A stretch of DNA of 64,000 nucleotides. Source: Actinomycetales bacterium. Its GTDB lineage: Bacteria > Actinomycetota > Actinomycetes > Actinomycetales > Microbacteriaceae. Shown piece after piece: positions 7,965 to 16,305 of this stretch. Below the pieces are notes generated by a model. The model did not search any database. It had not been told where the DNA came from and saw nothing but the letters and a program-made list of their open reading frames with translations. A program made the translations under genes and the position numbers. Numbering within the stretch: the stretch's first letter is position 1; each line of letters opens with the position of its first letter. Location: assembly GCA_015654475.1 (NCBI GenBank), contig JAATGV010000041.1, forward strand, positions 26,452 to 90,451, in the 5' to 3' direction.

Positions 7965-10100
7965 CTAGCCGGCGATCGTGCTGAGCAATTCGTCGCCTGG
8001 CCTGGCATCACGCATCGGCGCGGTCACTTCGGCGCGCTCGAGCATCTCCCCCATGCGGCGGCGGCGCGAACGCGGAATCAGGGTGACCACGGTGCCGTCG
8101 TGCCCGGCACGTCCGGTGCGACCCGAACGGTGCAGGTACGTCTTGTACTCGTCGGGAGCGTCGGCCTGAATCACGAGTGTGACTCCGTCAACGTGGATGC
8201 CACGCGCGGCGACGTCGGTTGCGACAAGCACACTTACCCGGCCCTGCGTGAGTTTGGCAAGGTTGCGCGTGCGCTGCCCCTGGTTGAGGTCGCCGTGCAG
8301 CGCGGCCGCGCCGATCCCAGCCTCGTTGAGTTCGTCGGAGAGCATCTCAGCGTATGCACGGGTGCGGGTGAACACTACGGTGAGACCTGGGTTGCCTGCG
8401 GCGAGTTCGTTGACGATCTCAGCCTTGGCGCGCGGCTCGATGAGCAGCACCTGGTGATCGATGTGTCCACTGTCATCTGCCGAGTCTGCCTCATGCACGA
8501 TGGGGTCGGGCAGGAACTTACGCACAAGCGATTCGACTTCGCGGTCGAGCGTCGCCGAGAACAGCATCCGCTGTCCGCGTGGGTTGACAGATGAGAGGAT
8601 GCGCTCGAGCGGTTCGATGAAGCCAAGCTCACACATGTGGTCGGCTTCGTCGACGATGGCGATATGGATGGCGCCGAGGTCGATCAGGCCCTGGTCGACG
8701 AGATCCTCGAGACGCCCTGGCGTGGCGATGATGACATCGACGCCACGATTGAGCCCAGTGGCCTGTTTGTGCTGCGGCACCCCACCGAAGATCGCGATCG
8801 TGAAGAGGCCGACGGCGCGGGCAAGCGGTTGTACGGCTTTGTCGATCTGCACTGCGAGTTCGCGGGTCGGGGCCAGGATCAGCGCACGTGCGGCGCGACC
8901 ATTCGCCCGAGATGGCTCAAGCGTGAGCAGACGAGTCAGCATGGGGGCCGCATACGCGACCGTCTTTCCGCTGCCTGTGCGGGCACGCCCGAGAACGTTG
9001 CGCCCTGCAACGGCATCGGGAATGGTTGCGGCCTGAACGGGGAACGGCTTGTCGATCCCCTGGGCCGCAAGCTTTTCTACGATGCGTGAATCGAGCCCGA
9101 GGTCACCGAAACCGAGGTTCGCCAGGTCGACGTTCTCGGCGACGGCGGTGAGGCGTTCGAGCTTCACGTCTTCGTTGTTTTCGCGATGAGCGGATGCGGC
9201 GGGTGCCGAGTCGTACCGTCGGTTGCCACCGAAGTCTTGCTGCGACCGGCCAGCGCCGCCGTTGTGGGCTGCAGACGCTCCAAAGCGGGCGCCCGTCGCG
9301 CGGCGTGCACCGTTGTTACGGCTCCCGCCTTGGTCAGACCGAGACGTATCGGAACGGTCATTGCGGCGATATCCGCCATCGGCCCGATCAGTGCGAGGGG
9401 CGTCCGTGCGGTCGGAGCCGCGGTAACCGGAGTTTGTGCGACCAGCACCACGATAGGAGTCGTTGCGGTCGCCACCGCGATACCCGCCACGATCACCGCG
9501 TGGAGCTTCCGAACGATCTGCCCCGCGATAGCCAGCATGGCGATCAGAGCGAGAGAAGTCCGTGCGGTCGCCACCACGATAAGAACCGCGATCATTACGA
9601 TCGTCGCGGTCGCCACGTGGCGAATCCGAACGGTTCGCGCCCTGGTAGCCACCGGCGGAGCGGTCGTTGCCACGGAAGGATCCGCCACGATAAGAACCAG
9701 TGCGGTCGCCGCCGCGGTACCCACCACGATCCGTGCGAGCTGCATCGTCGCGGTCGCCACCACGATAACCTCCACGGTCACCCCCCAAACGCTCGGCGTT
9801 CGAATAGCGGCGATCCGAGTCTTGGCGACCCTGATATCCACCAGACTCATTATTTCGCGGGTATCCGCCGCCGCGCGGCCGCTGCTCCGAGTTGCGGTCG
9901 TTGTCCCAGCTGCGCTCTGCGCGGGGCGCGCCGCCGCGGTTGCCTTGGTAGCCACCTTGGGATCTGCCGCCCTCTTTGTTGCCGCGGTATCCGGTGGATG
10001 TCTTGCCTGCGCCAGAACGACCGCCTGACTGTGCGGGGTTCTTGTGTGTGCGCGGCTTTCGCGGCCCGTCAAAAGTGCGGGCGCTATTAGTTTTTTGCAT
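7965..10100 (-). CDS. DEAD-box ATP-dependent RNA helicase with an about 305 aa N-terminal Arg/Gly/Asp-rich low-complexity region
   Basis: Helicase motifs seen: Q-motif region FPVQAATIP, motif I GRARTGSGKT, motif II VDEADHM, SAT, and motif VI HRSGRTGRAG. The N-terminus is made of GGYRGGDR-like repeats. Confidence 0.85.
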   Translation of the reverse strand: MQKTNSARTFDGPRKPRTHKNPAQSGGRSGAGKTSTGYRGNKEGGRSQGGYQGNRGGAPRAERSWDNDRNSEQRPRGGGYPRNNESGGYQGRQDSDRRYSNAERLGGDRGGYRGGDRDDAARTDRGGYRGGDRTGSYRGGSFRGNDRSAGGYQGANRSDSPRGDRDDRNDRGSYRGGDRTDFSRSDRHAGYRGADRSEAPRGDRGGYRGGDRNDSYRGAGRTNSGYRGSDRTDAPRTDRADGGYRRNDRSDTSRSDQGGSRNNGARRATGARFGASAAHNGGAGRSQQDFGGNRRYDSAPAASAHRENNEDVKLERLTAVAENVDLANLGFGDLGLDSRIVEKLAAQGIDKPFPVQAATIPDAVAGRNVLGRARTGSGKTVAYAAPMLTRLLTLEPSRANGRAARALILAPTRELAVQIDKAVQPLARAVGLFTIAIFGGVPQHKQATGLNRGVDVIIATPGRLEDLVDQGLIDLGAIHIAIVDEADHMCELGFIEPLERILSSVNPRGQRMLFSATLDREVESLVRKFLPDPIVHEADSADDSGHIDHQVLLIEPRAKAEIVNELAAGNPGLTVVFTRTRAYAEMLSDELNEAGIGAAALHGDLNQGQRTRNLAKLTQGRVSVLVATDVAARGIHVDGVTLVIQADAPDEYKTYLHRSGRTGRAGHDGTVVTLIPRSRRRRMGEMLERAEVTAPMRDARPGDELLSTIAG

Positions 10101-10452
10101 GATGAAGTTGTGTCCTCAGTTACAGGGGCGCCATTGATCCATACATGGATAACGGGTCATCGGCGACGGGTGAATGGTAATTACGTGGTCGTCGACGTGG
10201 CGGGATGAAAGCCCCTGCCCGAAAACCATCCGTACTGCAACGATTCGGGACCCCCGTACACGCGACGGGGCGAGGTGCCGACTGGTCAACTCTACGTGGT
10301 TGCGCCCGAAATAGCGAGGATCCGGTGGATTCGGGCGCGCCGCCGACAGATGAGTCGCGCTTTGTGTGTCGATGTCGCCCAGGGGTGGATACGACCGGAG
10401 GTTCTCTCGGCCGGTCTTGGCCCGTCACCGGCATATGGCATTTGTCACGCGC

Positions 10453-11262
10453 CTACACGCGCGGAGCATCCACTGCCCCACCGAACCGGCGGTTTCGCTG
10501 ACCGTATTCGGTAATCGCCTGCCACAGATGCCCCCGACGGTAGTCGGGCCACAAGACGTTCTGGTACACCAGTTCCGCATAGGCGGACTGCCACAGCAGG
10601 AAGTTCGAGAGTCGTTGTTCGCCCGAGCATCGGATGAACAGGTCGACGTCGTCTGGCACACTTAGATGCCGCGAGAAGCTGCTTTCGGTGATGCGGCCAG
10701 GATTGAGGTCGCCCCTCGCCGCCAGCGCAGCAATCTCGCGCACCGCGTCGACGATCTCCGCCCGCGACCCATAGTTGTAGCACATGGTGAGGGTGAGGCT
10801 GCGGTTGCCCGCCGTGGCATGCTCGGCATAGTCGAAGGCGCGTTGAACGCTTTTCCAAAGTCGCTGCGGGCGCCCGGCATGCACGATGCGCACTCCCCAT
10901 GCGTTGAGTTGTGCCTCTTGCCTGCGCAGCACGTCGTTGATGTATGTCATGAGGAATCGGATCTCGCCTGGCGAACGCGACCAGTTCTCGGTGGAGAACG
11001 CATACACGCTAAGCTGCTGCACCCCCGCCTGGATGGCACCGGCGACGACATCCATCAGCGCCCACTCCCCTGCTTTGTGCCCTTCGGTGCGTGGCAGCCC
11101 CTGCTGGTTGGCCCAGCGCCCGTTGCCGTCCATGACGATCGCGACGTGGCGCGGCACCACAGCGAAGGCGGGGGGCGGCCCCCCGGCATAGTCGAGCGGC
11201 TTGAGGGCCTGCGGATGGGGGGCCTGTGGATCCTGTGCCCCGGCGGCCGTTGCGTCTGTCAT
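10453..11262 (-). CDS. uppS: isoprenyl (undecaprenyl/decaprenyl) diphosphate synthase, cis-prenyltransferase family
   Basis: Contains [13 protein letters not shown] and [13 protein letters not shown]. Start at ATG 11262, in an ATGA overlap with the recO stop. Confidence 0.9.
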   Translation of the reverse strand: MTDATAAGAQDPQAPHPQALKPLDYAGGPPPAFAVVPRHVAIVMDGNGRWANQQGLPRTEGHKAGEWALMDVVAGAIQAGVQQLSVYAFSTENWSRSPGEIRFLMTYINDVLRRQEAQLNAWGVRIVHAGRPQRLWKSVQRAFDYAEHATAGNRSLTLTMCYNYGSRAEIVDAVREIAALAARGDLNPGRITESSFSRHLSVPDDVDLFIRCSGEQRLSNFLLWQSAYAELVYQNVLWPDYRRGHLWQAITEYGQRNRRFGGAVDAPRV

Positions 11263-11984
11263 GCCTGATTTCCCACCGTTATCGAGCTGATGCGCCTTTC
11301 GAGAACGAATTGCAGGTATGCCGCAATGATGCTGGCGGACTCCGCGCGGGCGAAGGACGTGGATGTGTCGGCGACACTCCAATCACCGAGGAGCAGGGCC
11401 TGGAGCAGCGCGAGCGTCTCCGCTTCGACCTTTGGGGTGCCAGGCACAGCGCAGTCGTCGCACACCGCACCACCGAGCGCGATGGCGACGTGACTGATGG
11501 GCTCGGTTCTGCCGCATCTGACGCACCGATCGAATATCGGTTGCCATCCGGCGATGGTGAGCGCCCTGAGGATGTATGAGCCGCGAACCAGTTCTGGGGT
11601 GTGGTCGCCCCGTGCGAGCGAACCGAGCGCGCCAAGCAGCAGCGTGTAGTGGTCGTTGCCACGATCGGCGTTGGTGAGGATGTCTGCGGTCTCGACGATG
11701 GTGTTGCCGGCTGTGTATCTATTGTAGTCGCGCGAGATGGGGTCGGAGTACGCGCGCAGGGTTTCGGCGCCCGCGACGATGTCGAGGCTGCGTCCATGCC
11801 GAAATTGTGCGTTGACTACCATGAATGGCTCGAGGCGACCGCCAAACTTTGATGTGGGCTTCCGCACGCCCTTGGCAACGGCGCGAATCTTGCCGTACTC
11901 GCGACCGAGGAGGGTGATGATGCGGTCTGCTTCGCCCAGTTTGTGGGTGCGTAGCACGATCGCGGCGTCCTCGTAGAGTTGCAT
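11259..11984 (-). CDS. recO: DNA repair protein RecO
   Basis: Start at the internal ATG 11984: [44 protein letters not shown]-terminal Cys cluster CVRCG...CDDC is present. Confidence 0.9.
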   Translation of the reverse strand: MQLYEDAAIVLRTHKLGEADRIITLLGREYGKIRAVAKGVRKPTSKFGGRLEPFMVVNAQFRHGRSLDIVAGAETLRAYSDPISRDYNRYTAGNTIVETADILTNADRGNDHYTLLLGALGSLARGDHTPELVRGSYILRALTIAGWQPIFDRCVRCGRTEPISHVAIALGGAVCDDCAVPGTPKVEAETLALLQALLLGDWSVADTSTSFARAESASIIAAYLQFVLERRISSITVGNQA

Positions 11985-12069
11985 GTTGCCATTATCGCTT
12001 GCCGTTTGCGCGCGGCGCCTCTGCATCGCCGAAACCCGAGCGTTACGTTGAAGTCGTATCCTTAGTGAC

Positions 12070-14718
12070 GTGTCTGTGACTACATCGATTGATCTGCCAG
12101 AACGCCACCCTGTTCCCGAGCGGCTTCGCGCCGACGTCCGTTTCTTGGGCGGGTTGCTTGGTCGCGTGCTCAAAGAGTCGGGTTCGCCTGGCCTCTATGA
12201 GGACGTTGAGCAGTTGCGAAGATTGATGATTCTTGCCTATGCGGACTGGTCGGGCAATGCTATCCATGACGCCGAGAAAGTGGTCGGCGACTTTCCCTTG
12301 AGCCGGGCCGCGGAGGTGGCTCAGGCTTTCACCGTGTACTTCCACCTCGTCAACTTGGCTGAGGAGAACGAGCGGGTGCGCACCGATTCGTCGGCGAGCG
12401 GCGGGGCCACAGATTCAGTGCTTCCACTTGCCTTGGCTCAGCTGGCGGATGAGGTCGGCGCAGAAGAGGCCCAGTCCCGTCTTCAGGGGCTACGGTTTCA
12501 TTCCGTCCTCACGGCTCACCCGACTGAGGCTCGCCGTCGTGCCGTCACGAACGCGATCTCGCGTATCAGCGAGTTGCTCGCAGACCGCGATCACCCGCGT
12601 ATGCATCAGGCGGGTTTGATAGAGAACGAGCGCGCGCTGATGGCTGAGATCGAGACGCTGTGGCGCACGTCTCCGTTGCGGGCGAAGAAGCCGACTCCCA
12701 TTGACGAGGTCCGCGGTATCATGGCGATCTTCGACTCGACGCTGTATGACGCGATCCCGTCGACGTATCGCCGCCTCGACAACTGGTTGCTCGGCCCGGA
12801 TGCGGGTCGCGCCACCCCGAAGGCGCCCGCTTTTGTGCGGGTCGGCTCATGGATCGGCGGAGACCGCGACGGCAACCCCAACGTCCTGTCGTCGACGACG
12901 CGGGAAGCAGCAGCCATCGCGAGCGATCATGTGCTTCGCGGGTTGCAGGCGACGGCGGACCGGCTGGGCCGGAGCCTGACCCTTGACTCGACGACGACGC
13001 CCCCATCCACCGCGTTGCAGATGTTGTGGCGCAGGCAACGCCAGCTCGACACGCAGCTGGCTGCCGAGATCGAGGCCCGTGCAGTGCAGGAGCCGTATCG
13101 CCGCACCTTGTCATTCGTGGCCGCGCGCATCGACGCGACGCGGTTGCGCGACGCCGACTTGGCGTATTCGGATCCGGAAGAGCTGCTGGTCGATTTGCGG
13201 GTGATCCAGTCCTCATTGGAGGCCGATGGCGCGGTTCGCGAGGCGTATGGCGACTTGCAGTGGCTGATCTGGCAGGTAGAGAGCTTCGGTTTCCATCTTG
13301 CCGAACTGGAGGTGCGCCAGCATTCGAAGGTCCATGAGCGAGCGCTGGCCGACATCGCCGAGCATGGCGTGACAAGCAATGATCTCGATCCCATGACCCT
13401 TGAAGTCTTGGATGTGTACCATGCGATCGCGTCGCTGCAGCGCCGGTATGGGCCCCGCGCCGCAGGCAGGTACATCGTATCGTTCACGCAAAAGCCGGAA
13501 CATATCGCGGCCGTGTATGAGTTGGCTGCGTTGGCGTCGGAGGGCACGACCGCCCCGGTCATCGATGCGATCCCGCTGTTCGAGACATTCGAGGATTTGC
13601 ACAATGCTGTCGACATCATGGATGAGGTTCTGACTTATCCGATGGTGCAGCGCCGTCTTGAGGAGCGCGGTCGTGAGCTCGAGATCATGCTCGGGTATTC
13701 GGATTCTTCGAAGGACGTCGGCCCCGTTTCGGCAACGCTTGCCTTGTACGACGCGCAGAGCCGCCTCGCCCAATGGGCCGAGCGCAACAATATTTCGTTG
13801 ACGTTGTTCCATGGCCGAGGCGGCGCGCTTGGTCGCGGAGGCGGCCCGGTGCATGAGGCCATCTTGGCCCAGCCGCCGGGTTCGGTTGCTGGTCGGTTCA
13901 AGATCACCGAGCAGGGTGAGGTGATTACGGCCCGGTATGGCAACCCGGTGATTGCCCGCCGCCACATCGAGGAGGTCGCTGCCGCCACGTTGCTGCAGTC
14001 GGCGCCGTCGGTTGGTCGCCGCAATTCTGAGGCCGCCACGCGGTTTGCCGGTCTGGCGGAGCAACTCGATCAGGCATCGCGCAAGCGATTCCTTGAATTG
14101 GTGCGCGCTCCAGGGTTTGCCCCGTGGTTTGCCGAGGTTACGCCGCTGGAGGAACTGGGCCTGTTGCCTATCGGCTCCCGCCCGGCTCGTCGCGGCTTGT
14201 CTGTGGAGTCGCTGGAGGATCTGCGCGCGATTCCGTGGGTGTTCTCGTGGACGCAGGCTCGCACCAACTTGGCAGGCTGGTACGGCTTGGGCTCGGCACT
14301 CGACTCAGTAGGAGACCTTGCCGTACTGAGGGAGGCCTACCGGGAGTGGCCCCTCTTCACATCCTTGATCAATAACGCTGAGCTGGGTATCGCGAAGGCG
14401 GACAGCCGTATCGCTGCCAAGTATCTCGACTTGGGCGACAGGGATGATTTGCGCGACCTGGTGCTCGGTGAGTTCCGGTTAACGATGGATTGGGTGTTGA
14501 AGATCACGGGAGAGGCCGTGACATTGAGCAACACACGGTCGCTCGGTCGGGCTGTGCAGTTGCGCGCGCCATATATCGATGCGTTGTCGTTGATTCAATT
14601 GGCTGCTTTGCGGCAGATTCGCACGGGCTCGGTCGAGGGCGACGATCTGGTGAACATGCAGCGGCTGTTGCTTCTGACTGTCAACGGCGTTGCCGCCGGA
14701 CTGCAGAACACAGGATGA
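12070..14718 (+). CDS. ppc: phosphoenolpyruvate carboxylase
   Basis: 882 aa ORF with VLTAHPTE, GYSDSSKD, FHGRGGALGRGGGP and the C-terminal LQNTG. Confidence 0.95.
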   Translation: MSVTTSIDLPERHPVPERLRADVRFLGGLLGRVLKESGSPGLYEDVEQLRRLMILAYADWSGNAIHDAEKVVGDFPLSRAAEVAQAFTVYFHLVNLAEENERVRTDSSASGGATDSVLPLALAQLADEVGAEEAQSRLQGLRFHSVLTAHPTEARRRAVTNAISRISELLADRDHPRMHQAGLIENERALMAEIETLWRTSPLRAKKPTPIDEVRGIMAIFDSTLYDAIPSTYRRLDNWLLGPDAGRATPKAPAFVRVGSWIGGDRDGNPNVLSSTTREAAAIASDHVLRGLQATADRLGRSLTLDSTTTPPSTALQMLWRRQRQLDTQLAAEIEARAVQEPYRRTLSFVAARIDATRLRDADLAYSDPEELLVDLRVIQSSLEADGAVREAYGDLQWLIWQVESFGFHLAELEVRQHSKVHERALADIAEHGVTSNDLDPMTLEVLDVYHAIASLQRRYGPRAAGRYIVSFTQKPEHIAAVYELAALASEGTTAPVIDAIPLFETFEDLHNAVDIMDEVLTYPMVQRRLEERGRELEIMLGYSDSSKDVGPVSATLALYDAQSRLAQWAERNNISLTLFHGRGGALGRGGGPVHEAILAQPPGSVAGRFKITEQGEVITARYGNPVIARRHIEEVAAATLLQSAPSVGRRNSEAATRFAGLAEQLDQASRKRFLELVRAPGFAPWFAEVTPLEELGLLPIGSRPARRGLSVESLEDLRAIPWVFSWTQARTNLAGWYGLGSALDSVGDLAVLREAYREWPLFTSLINNAELGIAKADSRIAAKYLDLGDRDDLRDLVLGEFRLTMDWVLKITGEAVTLSNTRSLGRAVQLRAPYIDALSLIQLAALRQIRTGSVEGDDLVNMQRLLLLTVNGVAAGLQNTG

Positions 14719-14785
14719 TGTTGCGGTTCTCCTTCATCTGACATCCGCGTCCAGCGTTCCACACGCCTGAACAGCGTGTCAGACT

Positions 14786-14839
14786 AAATGACTACTGAGT
14801 AGTGCTATTCTTTTGAAAGGCACTACTCAGTAGTCATTT
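14786..14839. promoter_or_regulatory. Candidate PadR operator: 20-bp perfect inverted repeat whose arms each contain the palindrome ACTACT-S-AGTAGT
   Basis: AAATGACTACTGAGTAGTGC-N14-GCACTACTCAGTAGTCATTT in an AT-rich patch 50 bp upstream of padR. The two sub-palindromes are centred at 14797 and 14828, 31 bp apart. Confidence 0.5.
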
Positions 14840-14888
14840 CTATGTGGTGCGGGTATCTGCCAACTGCGCATCCCTTTAAGGAGAACCG

Positions 14889-15536
14889 ATGTCCATCCGC
14901 GACAGTCTGCTAGCCATCCTCGATCAAGGCCCGTGCTACGGCTACCAACTCGGCTACGAGTTCGAGATGCGGACCGGAGGCAGCGTTCCACTCAACACCG
15001 GTCAGATCTATTCGACCCTCGAACGACTCGACGCCGCAGGCCTCATCCAGAGCTCAGGTGCAGACGACGAAGGCCGGGCCCTCTACACCATCACGCCGGC
15101 CGGACGAGAAGATGTGCAGTCCTGGCTCAGCACCCCCGTGCCCCACGACATGCGGCGAAACGAGCTCGCCACCAAACTCGCCCTCGCCGTGTCGCTGCCC
15201 GGCATCGACATCGCGCACGTCATCCAGACGCAACGCCACGCAGCCATGAACACCTTGCAAGAGCTCACAAGGCTCAAGCGAAACTCCAGCTCGTCCGTCG
15301 ACGGCCTTGACCTCGGCTGGTCGCTGCTTCTCGACGCTCACCTCTTCGAAGTCGAAGCCGAAGTGCGATGGCTCGATCACTGCGAGACACGCATCGCGCG
15401 AGCCATCGCCGAAAACGTCGACCTGAGCGTGCCGCTCAACCCTGATCCCCCCAAACGCGGGCGACCGACACGAGCGCCCGCATCTTCTGCATCACACACG
15501 AACGCGACGCCCAAGGGGGCCGACAATGTCCGGTAG
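14889..15536 (+). CDS. PadR-family transcriptional regulator
   Basis: The N-terminal winged-HTH pattern SIRDSLLAILDQGPCYGYQLGYEF...GQIYSTLERLDAAGLI is typical of PadR. AAGGAGA RBS upstream. Confidence 0.85.
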   Translation: MSIRDSLLAILDQGPCYGYQLGYEFEMRTGGSVPLNTGQIYSTLERLDAAGLIQSSGADDEGRALYTITPAGREDVQSWLSTPVPHDMRRNELATKLALAVSLPGIDIAHVIQTQRHAAMNTLQELTRLKRNSSSSVDGLDLGWSLLLDAHLFEVEAEVRWLDHCETRIARAIAENVDLSVPLNPDPPKRGRPTRAPASSASHTNATPKGADNVR

Positions 15537-16305
15537 CGCGCACTCCGCAGCAAACGCTCAGCCCATACCCGCCGTTCGTCACGACCGGGACGAGATCGTG
15601 CTCGAACTCTCCTCCGTCAGCCGCAGCTATGGCACCGGCGACACCGCCGTCACCGCTCTCGACGAGGTCAGCCTGCAACTGAGGCGCGGCGAGCTCGTCG
15701 CAATCATGGGCACCTCGGGATCAGGAAAGTCGACCCTGCTGACCATCGCCGGCGGTCTTGACCGACCAACAAGTGGCCGGGTCTTCGTGAACGGCACGCA
15801 GATAACCGGCCTCGGCGCCAAGAAGATCGCGGCATTGCGCCGCAAAACGCTCGGCTTCGTGTTTCAGGACTACAACCTCGTGCCGGTGCTCACCGCCATC
15901 GAGAATGTGGCGTTGCCCCTCGAACTCGACGGCATCTCGGCCCGTGCGGCCCGGCGATCGGCAAAGTATGCGCTCGAAGCGGTAGGCCTCCTTGAACTAG
16001 CGAACAGGTATCCAGACGACATGTCTGGCGGACAACAGCAACGCGTCTCGATCGCGCGAGCCATCGTCGGCGACCGCAGCATCATCCTCGCAGATGAACC
16101 AACCGGCGCCCTCGACAGTGTCACGGGCGAATCGGTTCTGAGCATGATGCGGCAACGCATCGACTCGGGAGCCGCAGGAATACTCGTTACCCACGATGCC
16201 CGGCATGCTGCCTGGGCAGATCGCATCATCTACCTGCGCGATGGTCGTATCACCGACGAAACCCGTGCCAACACACTCGATGGCATACTCGCAACGGGGG
16301 CATGA
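15526..16305 (+). CDS. ABC transporter ATP-binding protein (MacB/LolD-like)
   Basis: Walker A GTSGSGKST, signature MSGGQQQR, Walker B IILADEPT. Overlaps the padR stop and is followed by an ATGA overlap with the permease. Confidence 0.9.
   Translation: MSGSAHSAANAQPIPAVRHDRDEIVLELSSVSRSYGTGDTAVTALDEVSLQLRRGELVAIMGTSGSGKSTLLTIAGGLDRPTSGRVFVNGTQITGLGAKKIAALRRKTLGFVFQDYNLVPVLTAIENVALPLELDGISARAARRSAKYALEAVGLLELANRYPDDMSGGQQQRVSIARAIVGDRSIILADEPTGALDSVTGESVLSMMRQRIDSGAAGILVTHDARHAAWADRIIYLRDGRITDETRANTLDGILATGA

Noticed and set aside
9164-10090. Three additional about 280-300 aa ORFs (one minus, two plus) overlapping the helicase 5' region
   Set aside because: They are open only because the DNA is a low-complexity GGYRGGDR-coding repeat. 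Only the 7965..10100 frame runs continuously into the DEAD-box core.
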